Source of the DNA: Octopus sinensis
Lineage: Eukaryota
Assembly: GCF_006345805.1 (NCBI RefSeq)
Contig: NC_043026.1
Location: 7,192,001 to 7,256,000, forward strand
DNA length: 64,000 nt
Reading direction: 5' to 3'
Below the pieces are notes generated by a model, which saw only the letters and a list, made by a program, of their open reading frames with translations, did no database searches and was not told the origin of the DNA. This document shows positions 52,843 to 64,000 of this stretch, in pieces (positions within the stretch are counted from its first letter, which is position 1; every line of letters starts with the position of its first letter). A program made the position numbers and the translations under genes.

Positions 52843-53245
52843 TAGGAGTGGCTGTGTGGTAAGTAGCTTGCTTACCAACCACATGGTTCCGGGTTCAGTC
52901 CCACTGCGTGGCATCTTGGGCAAGTGTCTTCTGCTATAGCCCCGGGCTGACCAATGCCTTGTGAGTGGATTTGGTAGACGGAAACTGAAAGAAGCCTGTC
53001 GTATATATGTATATGTATATATATGTATGTGTGTGTTTGTGTGTCTGTGTTTGTCCCCCTAGCATTGCTTGACAACCGATGGTGGTGTGTTTACGTCCCC
53101 GTCACTTAGCGGTTTGGCAGAAGAGACCGATAGAATAAGTATTGGGCTTACAAAAGAATAAGTCCCGGGGTCGAGTTGCTCGATTAAAGGCGGTGCTCCA
53201 GCATGGCCGCAGTCAAATGACTGAAACAAGTAAAAGAATAAAAGA
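52843..53245 (+). mobile_element. SINE family 1 (other plus copies or fragments: 13210-13450, 16345-16500, 17283-17435, 25590-25860, 31730-31905, 37335-37710, 51318-51625, 52400-52545, 55318-55725)
   Basis: Homology to 4555-4950. Confidence 0.9.
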
Positions 53246-53554
53246 ATATATATATATCATCATCATCATCATCATTTAAGATCTATTGTCCATGCTGGCT
53301 TGAGTTTGTATTGAATCTTGCAAGACCTATAACACTAGCATCACTAGAGCATGTTCCGCATGGGGCAGTCCTTATGTTTGCCACCCCTGGACCCGACCAA
53401 AAAAATATATTACCTACAGCAGACCCAAAAGTGGTGCCCCTTTGAAAATTCTACCTGAGGAGGATGACCCCTACCACCTACCACCCCACCCCCAGCTACG
53501 CTAGTGGACATATAGAGTTAGAGACAATTGGATTGTTGAAAGGGTTACTTTTTT

Positions 53555-53769
53555 TACTCTTTTTATTTGTTTCAGTCATTTGACTGTGGCCATGCTGGAA
53601 CATCACCTTTAGTCGAGCAAGTCGACCCCAGGACTTATTCTTTGTAAGCCTAGTACTTATTCTATCGGTCTCTTTTGCCGAACTGCTAAGTTACAGGGAC
53701 GTAAACACACCAGCGTCGGTTGTCAAGCGATGTTGGGGGGACAAACACAGACACACAAACATATACACT

Positions 53770-53803
<34 letters not shown>

Positions 53804-53962
53804 CAATGGACTTCTTTTAGTTTCCATCTACCAAATCCACTCACAAGGCTTTGGTCGGCCCGAGACTATTGTAGAAGACACTTGCCCAAGGTGCCACACA
53901 GTGGGACTGAACCCGGAACCATGTCGTTGGTAAGCAAGCTACTTACCACACAGCCACTCCTA
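53555..53962 (-). mobile_element. SINE family 1, full length, inverted relative to its neighbours
   Basis: Reverse complement of the 52843-53245 and 55318-55725 type. Confidence 0.9.
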
Positions 53963-54165
53963 CGCAAAGATTAAAATTATAATTAGGTTTAAATACGATC
54001 AGTTTTTTATATTTTTCATTATCTTTGACAGTGGAGAGAAGACAGTGAGGGAGAGAGAGAGAGAGGGAGAGCAGTAGGAAAGCTCTAAAGCCCTATTAAC
54101 CTAAGTGTATGATGTTGCCGCACTGGACTGAACTAATTGGCTCTGTCTGTCTGTTTGTCTTATAG

Positions 54166-54322
54166 GAAGGAATAGCCTCCATTTGGAACAGTAACCTCCA
54201 ACAGCAGAGATGTGAGAAGCTGACCACTGAGTCCTGCCGGTCAAAAGACCTCTGGGTCACACACTTCACGCCCATGCTGAACACCAATAAAATGGCTGTG
54301 GCCTATACCAGCAAGGAGATTG
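54166..54322 (+). CDS. WDR49: WDR49-like exon D
   Basis: Acceptor ctgtttgtcttatag, donor gtacga; 157 nt, phase 0-1; EGIASIWNSNLQQQRCEKLTTESCRSKDLWVTHFTPMLNTNKMAVAYTSKEI. Confidence 0.93.
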
Positions 54323-54430
54323 GTACGACTACTACTACTATTACTACTGCTGCTACTACTACTACTACTGCTGCTTCTGCTTCTGCTACTACTACTACTA
54401 CTACTACTACTGCTTCTGCTGCTGCTGCTG

Positions 54431-54467
<37 letters not shown>

Positions 54468-54522
54468 GCTTCTGCTTCTGCTGCTACTACTACTACTGCT
54501 ACTGCTTCTGCTTCTGCTGCTG

Positions 54523-54553
<31 letters not shown>

Positions 54554-54615
54554 AGTACTACCACCACCACCACCACCACTACTACTACTACTTACTACTA
54601 AACAAATTTGTATGA

Positions 54616-54816
54616 ATGTTAAAAGACAAAAATAAAACTAATAAACTTCAATGGGAGATTATTAGCCACACCAACTCCTATAGAATTTCTGATGGGTTCT
54701 GTGAATTATGCATGGAAGAAATGTTTCAGATTCTAAACACAAACTCTTTGATTCCAGACAAGAAACAATTATCTTGTATGCATTCCTCTAAATATGTTTT
54801 TAGGAAGAATAATTAG
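54616..54816 (+). mobile_element. Penelope-like element ORF C-terminal remnant
   Basis: LQWEIISHTNSYRISDGFCELCMEEMFQIL...LSCMHSSKYVF matches the PLE C-terminus W.I.....Y......C.LC..EK..I...C.H..K(F/Y). Confidence 0.7.
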
Positions 54817-54894
54817 AAGGATTAAACCTGAATATATTAAGATAATATATACATACATACATACATACATACATACATACTTATAATATATATA

Positions 54895-54946
<52 letters not shown>

Positions 54947-55276
54947 GGCACGTAACAAACACCATCCGATCGTGGCCGTTCGCCAGCCTCATCTGCCTCT
55001 GTGTCGGTGGCACATAAAAAACACCATCCGAGCGTGGCCGTCTGCCAGCCTCGTCTGGCACCTGTGTCGGTGGCACATAAAATCACCCACTACACTCTCG
55101 GAATGGTTGGCGTTAGGAAGGGCATCCAGCTGTGGAAACACTGCCAGATCTGACTGGCCTGGTGCAGCCTTCGGGCTCCCCAGACCCCAGTTGAACCGTC
55201 CAACCCATGCTAGCATGGAAAGCGGACGTTAAATGATGATGATGATATATATATATATATATTCATATATATATAT

Positions 55277-55320
<44 letters not shown>

Positions 55321-56001
55321 CAAGAGTGGCTGTGTGGTAAGTAGGTTGCTCACCAACCACATGGTTCCGGGTTCATTCCCGCTGCATGGTACCTTGGGCA
55401 AGTGTCTTCTACTATAGCTTTGGGCCGACCAAAGCCTTGTGAGTGGATTTGGTAGACGGAAACTGAAAGAAGCCTGTCGTGTATATGTATATATATATGT
55501 ATGTATGTGTGCGTGTTTGTGTGTCTGTGTTTGTCCCCCCAACATCGCTTGACAACGGATGGTGGTGTGTTTACATCCCCCGTAACTTAGCAGTTTGACA
55601 AAAGAGACTGATAGAATAAGTACTGGGCTTACAAAGAATAAGTCCTGGGTTGATTTGCTTGACTAAAGGCGGTGCTCCAGCATGGCCACAGTCAAATGAC
55701 TTAAACAAGTAAAAGAGTAAAGAGGCTTAATCAACAATATGTTAATAAATTAATTTATATTCCTTTAAACTCTTCATTTTCTTACTTAATAATACTTGAT
55801 ATATATTTCATTATACACACACACAGATATATATATATATAGAGAGAGAGAGACAGACAGACAGACCGAGAAGTATATGTCTACATATTATGTATACATA
55901 TGTGTGTGTGAGTGTGTGTATTGTCTATGTGCGTGTATATCTCTTTGTAAGTGCGTGCTATGCTCCCACTGACTCCATACTCATCTTGTCTATTCTCACA
56001 G

Positions 56002-56089
56002 CTATCTATGACCTGAGTAACAAGATTGAATTCAACAGACTCTATAAAATCAAGGAGTTAAAATATACTCCTCTTTGCCTCGACTACTG
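56002..56089 (+). CDS. WDR49: WDR49-like exon E
   Basis: Acceptor tattctcacag, donor gtgagt; 88 nt, phase 1-2; (A)IYDLSNKIEFNRLYKIKELKYTPLCLDY(W). Confidence 0.93.
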
Positions 56090-56407
56090 GTGAGTATCCT
56101 AAACCATCTTCTCATTTCCCAAGCTAAAACGCATCACTGCCTGTTGTTTTCTCTACAATGAGAAATTCCACTGAGGTTGACTTTACCTTTCATCCTTTCG
56201 GGGTCGACAAAATAAGTACCAGTTGAACACTGGGGTCGAGGTAATCGACTCATACCCACCTCCCCTAAGCTGTTCTTGTGGCAAAATTTTTGGAAGTATT
56301 ATTATTATCATTATTATTATTATTATTATCATTATTATTATTATTATTATCATTATTATTATTATTATTGTTATTGTTATTGACTATTGTTCTTGTTATA
56401 CCTGTAG

Positions 56408-56535
56408 GTCAAGCAATGACAGTTCTAATGAGGCATACCTGGTGTGGGGCGATGTCGGTGGCTTTGTCAACATCTTACACTTTAATTCCATAAACATTGC
56501 TCTCTTCCAACGACCGTCAGCACATTCGGAGAGCG
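56408..56535 (+). CDS. WDR49: WDR49-like exon F
   Basis: Acceptor ttatacctgtag, donor gtaggt; 128 nt, phase 2-1; (W)SSNDSSNEAYLVWGDVGGFVNILHFNSINIALFQRPSAHSES. Confidence 0.93.
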
Positions 56536-57447
56536 GTAGGTCATCCTTTGAAGACATCTTTCAAATTGTATTTTAATTAATAGTTAATGAGCTAATGAGG
56601 GGAAGTTTCCTATGTAGTCCTGTGGTGGACTGGCTTTCCATCCAGTGGGAGTGTTGTCATCTCGTTTACTTAAATGCCTTGGAAACTAGATTCAGTTCCA
56701 GCTTCTTGACTCCTAAGAATCATGACAAATCTCAGTCTAAGACTCTGGAAGATTGTAGTTTCAATTCCCAGACCAGGCAGTGGATTGTGTTCTTGAGTAA
56801 AACACTTCATTTCAAGTTCCTCACTGAAAAGTGAATGAGTTACCCTGCAATGGTCTGGTTTATGTTGTGATCTTGGCCACTTAATTGCCATGGAAACCAG
56901 GCAACCAGATTTTATGAGTCCTAAGACTGGGGACAGTAATTATAAGAGATAGGGTAATGTGGTTCAGGGGTTTCACTCATTGCCTCCATGAGGCCCAATG
57001 CTTGAATATATATATATATATATATATAGGCGAAATGCTTAGCAGTATTTCGTCTGCCATTACGTTCTGAGTTCAAATTCCTCCGAGGTCGACTTTGCCT
57101 TTCATCCTTTCGAGGTCGATAAATTAAGTACCAGTTTCCTCCTGGGGTCGATGTAATCGACTTAATACCTTTGTCTGTCCTTGTTTGTCCACTCTATGTT
57201 TAGCCCCTTGTGGGTAGTAAAGAAATATATATATATATTCGAGCATTGGGCCTCACGGAAGCAAAGTGTCCAAGTTCCTTTTGAGTGTTGGGCCACATGG
57301 AGACAATAACCAAGACCTTTGGCATTATGCTGTGCTTGACAAAAAGACCCAACAAGCCGAGCAAAATTGCAGTTGTGGCAGATGCTGGTGTTACGCAAAT
57401 TGGCACCTGGGCTGGTGGCATGTAAAAGCACCCATTACACTCTCACA

Positions 57448-57536
<89 letters not shown>

Positions 57537-57547
57537 CATACATACAT

Positions 57548-57822
57548 GTGAAGGTGCAATGGCCTCATGGTTAGGGCAGCGGACTCGCGGTTTCGATTCC
57601 CAGGCCGGGCATTGTGAGTGTTTATTGAGCGAAAACACCTAAAGCTCCACGAGGCTCCGGCAGGGGGTGGTGATCCCTGCTGTACTCTTTCACCACTCTT
57701 TCTTCTGTTGGCCTGCTCGCTTAGCCAGCGGGGTGGCGTCATTTGAAGGCTAAGACAATGCGAAGCGCATTGTGACCAGCGATGTGTAACAACATCTGAT
57801 AGCCTGGTCAGTCACAGTGATA
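57548..57822 (+). mobile_element. tRNA-derived SINE family 3 (also 60685-61062 -, variant 40250-40590 -)
   Basis: Head tggcctcatggttagggcagcggactcgcgg...ttcgattccc; shared body gagcgaaaacacctaaagctccacgaggctcc. Confidence 0.75.
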
Positions 57823-57950
57823 TACATACACACACCATTCAAGATGGATAATTTTGGTAATTGGAAGCTTTATCCATCACATTTGTTGCATTGACATTTG
57901 TTAACCCATATTTCACATACATGTTGTTACTGTTGTTGTTGTTGTTGTAG

Positions 57951-58049
57951 AGATCTGTCTGACAGTGCCACTGAGCAATGTGACCAAAGGCATCTACAGG
58001 AACGTCACCTACACCAAGTACCAAGCCCATACAGACTGGGTGAAACAAG
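57951..58049 (+). CDS. WDR49: WDR49-like exon G
   Basis: Acceptor (gtt)n gtag, donor gtaagt; 99 nt, phase 1-1; (E)ICLTVPLSNVTKGIYRNVTYTKYQAHTDWVKQ, with the WD-type H-x-D-W-V motif. Confidence 0.92.
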
Positions 58050-59390
58050 GTAAGTAAACATCCACGATTGTTGTCGAAAATCCATAAAAATAATACATTC
58101 AGGATAGGATAAATGCACCACCACCATCATCCTCCTCCTCCTCATCATCATCGTCATTTAACATCTGTATTCCATGCTGGCATGGGTTGGATGCTTTGAC
58201 AGGAACAGGCAAACCAGAGGACTGTACCAAGCTCCACTGTCTCTTTTGGCACAATTTTTATGGCTGGATACCCTTTCTAAAGCCAACCCTTTTACAGTAT
58301 GGACTGAGTTCTTTTTATGTGGCACCAACTCTGGTGAAGCTACCAAGTAACTTGCCAGACAATGATACAGGTATATCAAATACCGTACAACACGAATGTT
58401 TGATTCATCAAAATTACCTCCTCCCCTAGAGGATCTATCAATGCATACTAAATGGCAATTAAGACCAATTCCATTTGAGAAGAGGAGAGAATCTCAGGAA
58501 TAAGGAATTCTTCAAAGTTGACCTAGCATTAAGGAAAAAAATAGGTTTATTTTCCGGAGATAAGACGACAGTCATGGACACACGTTTCTGCCTCAATAAC
58601 TGTCATCAGAACAGTAGTTGTCAAACCTTATCACTTGTAACCAAAGGACTTAGACTTGATCTTAACTGCCATTTGATTGTTATTTGATTGGCAAGTGAAA
58701 TTGAAATTGAATTCGAAATCGATGACTGGCACCCGGTCGTTGCCAGTGCCGCTAGACTGACTCCTGTGTAGGTGGCAAGTAAAGAAACACCGTTTCGACC
58801 TTGTGCTTGAGGAGACCTATTGAGCCAAGTACATCAACATCAAAATCAATGGAAATTGTAGTTGTGATCCCTGTGCCGGTGGCACGTAAAAAGCACCATC
58901 CAAAAGTGGTTGATGCCAGTGCCGCCTTGACTGGCTTCCATGCCGGTGGCACATAAAAAGCACCAACCGATCATGGCTGTTGCCAGCCTCGCCTGGCACC
59001 TGTGCTGGTGGTACGTAAAAAGCACCCACTACACTCACAGAGTGGTTGGCATTAGGAAGGGCATCCAGCTGTAAAAACACTGCCAGATCAAACTGGAGCC
59101 TGGAGCAGCCTCCTGGCTTCCCAGACCCCGGTCGAACCGTCCAACCCATGCTAGCATGGAAATAGACGTTAAACAATGATGATGATGATGGTGTCACACT
59201 AGCTTACTGACGGGTCACTCTCAAGTGCTACTGGTTACATCTAATCCAAAACAATCTGTTACATGGTTGGGTCAACCTGGGCATATTTGCAGTAAATACC
59301 TGTAATTAACCCAGGTTGATTGAATCACCAGCCCTTGTTGTAAATGGTCGTTAATCTATTATTTCTCTCTCGCTGTCTCTGTTATTTCAG

Positions 59391-59499
59391 TTGGGTATCT
59401 TCAGTTTTTGGACTGTTTCATATCTTGTTCCACGTCTTGGAAGGATGCTTTGGTTCTGGGATGGATGGAGAAACACGTTGTCACTTCAGAAATTCTAAG
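59391..59499 (+). CDS. WDR49: WDR49-like exon H
   Basis: Acceptor ctctgttatttcag, donor gtaaaa; 109 nt, phase 1-2; (V)GYLQFLDCFISCSTSWKDALVLGWMEKHVVTSEIL. Resembles, from memory, the WDR49 segment WVRQVTY..LDAIISS.....VVMAWREK. Confidence 0.92.
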
Positions 59500-59539
59500 G
59501 TAAAAATTCTTATAATCATTATTACCATTATTAAGGTGG

Positions 59540-60550
59540 TGAGCTGGCAGAATCATTAGCATGCTGGATGAAATGCTTAGTGGTATCTCATCTACCACTA
59601 CGTTCTGAGTTCAAATTCCGCCGAGGTCGACTTTACCTTTCATCCTTTCGGGGTTGATAAATTAAGTACCAGTTATGCACTGGGGTCGATGTAATCGACT
59701 TAATCTGTTTGTCTGTCCTTGTTTGTCTCCTCTGTGTTTAGCCCCTTGTGGGTAGTAAAGAAATAGGTATTTTGTCCATTTTTATGTTCTGAGTTCAAAT
59801 TCCACCGAGGTCACCTTTTCCTTTCAGCCTTTCGGAGTGAAATACTGGGGCCAATGTAATTGACTAGTCCCCTCCCAACAAATTTCAAGCCTTGTGCCTT
59901 TTGCAGAGAGGATTATTATGATTATTATTAGCAGGGCAGTGAAATGGTAGAATCATTAGCACGCCAGGCAAAATGTTCAATGGTATTTTGCTCATTGCTA
60001 CTTCCTGAGTTCAAAATCTGCCAAAGTCGACTTTACCTCTCATCCTTTCAGGGTTGATAAATTAAGTACCAGTTACGCACTGGGGTTGATGTAATCAACT
60101 AGCCCCCACCCCACCCCTAAATTTCAGGCTGTAGCCTAGTGTCGACAACACAAAGGCGAGCTGGCAGAAACGTTGGCACGCCGGGCGAAATGCTTAGCGG
60201 TATTTCATCTGTCTTTACATTCTGAGTTCAAATCCTGCCCAGGTACACTTTACCTTTCATCCTTTTGGGGATGCAAACTGGGGTCGATGTAATCAACTCA
60301 ATTCCTTTGTCTGTCCTTGTTTGTCCTCTCTGTGTTTAGCTCCCTGTGGGCAATAAAGAAATAAACGCAAAGGATTGTTATCATTATTAAGGCAGAATCC
60401 TTACCACGTTGGCCAAACTGCTGTGCGGCATTTTCTGTCTTTACATTTTGACTTCAAATTCTGATGGAGTTAGCTTTGCCTTTCATACTTTTGGGGTTGA
60501 TAAAACAAGTACCAGTTGTGTACTGGGGTCAATGTAACTGACTTAAGCCC
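59540..60550 (+). mobile_element. Cluster of five same-orientation SINE family 2 copies
   Basis: Copies begin near 59540, 59770, 59935, 60155 and 60380. Confidence 0.8.
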
Positions 60551-62320
60551 TTCTTCAGATGAGATATTTCGACTAGTGAAAGATCAATGTGATAAAACCC
60601 TGTCAGAACTTCATACCTCATCACTCAATTGGAATATCAAGTACAGAAGATGGGTATTGGTCCTGGTAAGTTGCTCAACCTGTTAATGGTGGTGGCACTC
60701 TGTCGGTTGCGATGATGAGGGTTCCCAGTTAATCCAATCAACAGAACAGCCTGCTCATGAAATTAATGTGCAAGTGGCTGAGCACTCCACAGACACATGT
60801 AGCCTTAAAGTAGTTCTCGGGGATATTCAGCGTGACACAGAGTGTGACAAGGCTGGCCCTTTGAAATACAGGTACAACAGAAACAGGAAGAAAGAGTGAA
60901 AGAAAGTCGTGATGAAAGAGTACAGCAGGGGTCACTACCACCCTCTACTGGAGCCTCGTTGAGCTTTAGGTGTTTTTGCTCAATAAACACTGTCTGGGAA
61001 TTGAAGCCGCAATCCTACGACCGCGAGTCCGCTGCCCTAACCACTGGGCCATTGTGCCTCCACAGTTGATAATAAACTCCCTCATATGACAATAAAGGGA
61101 CCTCTTAGACTCCTTATTATTCTGTCAATGATTATTCATATTTAGCCCCTGTTTCATGTTGGTTTTATTTTTATTTTTACTTCTTTTTATTTTATTTTCA
61201 AAGTAAATCAGAGAAGAGACAAGAAGCAAGAAAGATACAAAAAATGTAAGTTAAATTAGTGTGTGTGTGTAATTTTTCTTTTTCTTTAATTTTTTTTAAT
61301 TGACTATATATATATACAACAAATTAAATTTAAATGTTGAAGTGAATCTAACGGTTTTTGTGTATTTCTTAAATGGCTTATAAACACCTTCCACGCTGCA
61401 ATTGTTTTCATTCCAGCACCCGATCTCAGATCAGGTCTCAGGTCACTTGCTATGCAAGTACATCTCCATAATATATATATATCAGACTAGAGCCTGGTGC
61501 AGCCTCCATGGCTTACCAGACCCCGGTCAAACCGTCCAACCCATGCTAGCATGGCCGCAGTCAAATGACTGAAACAAGCAAAAAAAAAAGATAGCTATCA
61601 TTGAAGACTTTGCAATTAAATTAAACAAAACGAAGGAGAAAACTTCTTCAAATATTAATAAAATGGAAGAATACGAAAATAAACGTTATTTTCCATCTTG
61701 CTGTTAATTTTATTTCATTTTGTAAAAATAAAAATTTATTTCATGGTTTATTATTGTTTAGATTAAAAATTATTTTTGTTTATTGAAATAGAAATCTTTC
61801 AACATCAATGGAAATTGTAGCTGAGATACCTGTGCCGGTGGCACGTAAGAGAACCATCCGAATGTGGCTGTTGCCAGCGCCGCCCCAACTGGCCTCTGTG
61901 TCGGTGGCACGTAAAAAGCACCATCTGATTGTGACCGTTGCCAGCCTCGTCTGGCCCCTGTGCTGGTGGCGCATAAAAAGCACCCACTCAGAGTGGTTGG
62001 CGTTAGGAAGGGCATCCAGCTGTAGAAACACTGCCAGATCAGACTGGGCCTGGTGCAGCCTTCAGGCTTCCCAGACCCCAATTGAACCGTCCAACCCACG
62101 CTAGCATGGAAAACGGACGTTAAACGATGATGATGATGATTTTGAACCATTTACGTATCCTTGAGGGCACCAAAACCTTTTCAGTGCTTAGGGCCTCTTT
62201 GGATCTTAATCCAGCCCTGAAGATAGGTGACATATTACAACAGAAATAACAACAACAATGTGTTCTTGTTGCCTCTTGAGATGAGATTCCTTAACATCTG
62301 GTGTTTGTTTTGTATTTCAG

Positions 62321-62385
62321 GGTCAACTTCCAAATCCCTCAAGGCATCAACAACTTCCACTACAGCCCACAGTTCAACCTGATTG
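62321..62385 (+). CDS. WDR49: WDR49-like exon I (gene continues beyond window)
   Basis: Acceptor tttgtatttcag, donor gtgagt; 65 nt, phase 2-1; (R)VNFQIPQGINNFHYSPQFNLI, comparable from memory to WDR49 [20 protein letters not shown]. Confidence 0.92.
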
Positions 62386-62589
62386 GTGAGTTACAATTTT
62401 GTGGTTGCAGCTTCTTCTCCCATCTGTACATATGTGCTTTTGCTTTTCTGGTCAGGATTAGAATTGTCCACACACACCATACACACATGCTCGTGTGTGT
62501 GTGTGCACGTGTGTGTGTGTGTATCTATCTATCAGCCTGTCTCTCTCTCTCTCTCTATCTATCTAACTGTCTGGGTTTCTCGCACATAA

Positions 62590-62650
62590 GGAGTCTGAAG
62601 ATACATCGTAAGGCTAAAACCCTTATGAGCGAGAAACTCAGAGTAATCCC
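62590..62650 (+). ncRNA. Hammerhead-like motif family A (long stem II)
   Basis: GGAGT-CTGAAGA-12 nt arm/7 nt loop/12 nt arm-GAAA-CTC A GAGT-A-ATCCC; homologous to 25113-25163. Confidence 0.6.
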
Positions 62651-62844
62651 GTGAAGCCGGCTTTGAGTCGAACCAGGGACAGCTTATGAAAGGGAATATT
62701 CCTTGTATTGTTTGTCTTGTACTCTGTTTTTCGTTGTTAAAAAAAGTCCATTTCCTAGTTTGTTCTTATGTTTTCGTTTCTCGTTGAGTTCTATGTTTAT
62801 TTGTGGTGTCCTGTACTCATATATATATATATATATATATATAT

Positions 62845-63290
62845 CATCATCATCATCATTTAGCGTCCGTTCTCCATGCTAGCATGGGTTGGACGGTTCA
62901 ACTGGGGTCTGGGGAGCCCGAAGGCTGCACCAGGCCAGTCAGATCTGGCAGTGTTTCTACAGCTGGATGCCCTTCTTAACGCCAACCACTCCGAGAGTGT
63001 AGTGGGTGATTTTATGTGCCACCGACACAGGTGCCAGACGAGGCTGGCGAACGGCCACGCTCGGACGGTGTTTTTATGTGCCACCGACACAGGTTCCAGA
63101 CGAAGCTGGCGAACGGCCACGCTCGGACGGTGTTTTTATGTGCCACCGACACAGGTGCCAGACGAAGCTGGCGAACGGCCACGCTCGGACGGTGTTTTTA
63201 TGTGCCACCGACACAGGTGCCAGACGAAGCTGGCGAACGGCCACGCTCGGACGGTGTTTTTATGTGCCACCGACACAGGTGCCAGATGCA
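62845..63290 (-). mobile_element. RTE 3' UTR fragment with 62-bp VNTR (4 full units plus a partial)
   Basis: Units start at 63016, 63078, 63140, 63202 and 63264. Confidence 0.9.
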
Positions 63291-64000
63291 TGTATATATA
63301 CATGTAGATGTAGGTATGTACATATATGTATGTGTGTATGCATATATTTTATTTATTAAATTATTGTATGACTGAGCGCGCTCATGTCGTTTCGTTTCAT
63401 TTCTTTTCTTCCAGTAAGTTTATATATATATATATATATATAAATTATATATATACATGTGTCCTCTTCTCTCTGGTTTTGTGTCCTGTCCATTCCACTT
63501 TGTCTTTTATATCACAGAAAGACATGATGGAATAGACGGGGCAAAACCAGAGAGAAGAGGAAATACGATGGACAGAAAGTTATTAAAAAGCTCACAGAAT
63601 GTGTGATGAAAGAACTAATAATAATTATAAAGCTAAAGTAAAAATCAAATAAACAGTGCGTGTATTTATCAACAAAATGATCGTCCCCAAATATAAAAAT
63701 ATCTATTTCAACACACGATTATACATCAAGAATTTTGCAAAACGAATACATAAATTATTATTGTTATTATTATTGGCGATGAAGAAAACAAAATGAAAAA
63801 TATTTTCGGAAAGTGATACGTAAAAAAAAATTCCAAAATCACTGCAGACCCTATTCGATCCCGGATCTCCTCTCACCAAAAGCTTGATGGTATATTAAAG
63901 TTTGCCTCCGTCACTGTTGCTGATAACGTGAACAGCTAAAGGGAGATAACTTCAGGCATTTTCATTTTGTTTCCTACAGTAGTTATTCCCCTTTCTTTTC

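Noticed and set aside
62646-62680. Second hammerhead in cccgtgaagccggctttgagtcgaaccaggg
   Set aside because: Needs several indels in both conserved boxes.
63960-64000. Acceptor-like ttttgtttcctacag as the next WDR49 exon
   Set aside because: The downstream translation (VVIPFLF) does not resemble the expected continuation (ATAG.NN..CLWNPYV); the next exon is probably outside the window.

Overview
AT-rich eukaryotic genomic DNA saturated with microsatellites and short retroelements. The repeat families are the kind typical of octopus (coleoid cephalopod) genomes; this is my inference, not database-checked. The whole window lies inside one + strand gene encoding an EF-hand plus WD40-repeat protein of the WDR49/CFAP337 (WDY-like) family. 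I reconstructed nine GT-AG coding exons whose phases all join (967 nt, 322 uninterrupted codons): 412-507, 11099-11253, 51960-52029, 54166-54322, 56002-56089, 56408-56535, 57951-58049, 59391-59499 and 62321-62385. The gene starts before and ends after the window, and one intron is about 40.7 kb (it contains a 100-N gap at 39564-39663). The introns hold at least three tRNA-derived SINE families, RTE LINE 3' ends with an expandable internal VNTR, RLE (R4/Dong-like) LINE ends, Penelope-like ORF remnants and a mariner MITE. The most notable signals: (1) three families of minimal type-I hammerhead-ribozyme-like motifs, at three loci arranged as head-to-head inverted pairs, with stem covariation between copies; (2) a strongly coding-like, Cys-rich antisense exon nested in the giant intron; (3) several near-perfect long hairpins and inverted repeats, some bracketing exons. 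Nearly all ORFs in the supplied track are microsatellite or repeat artefacts.
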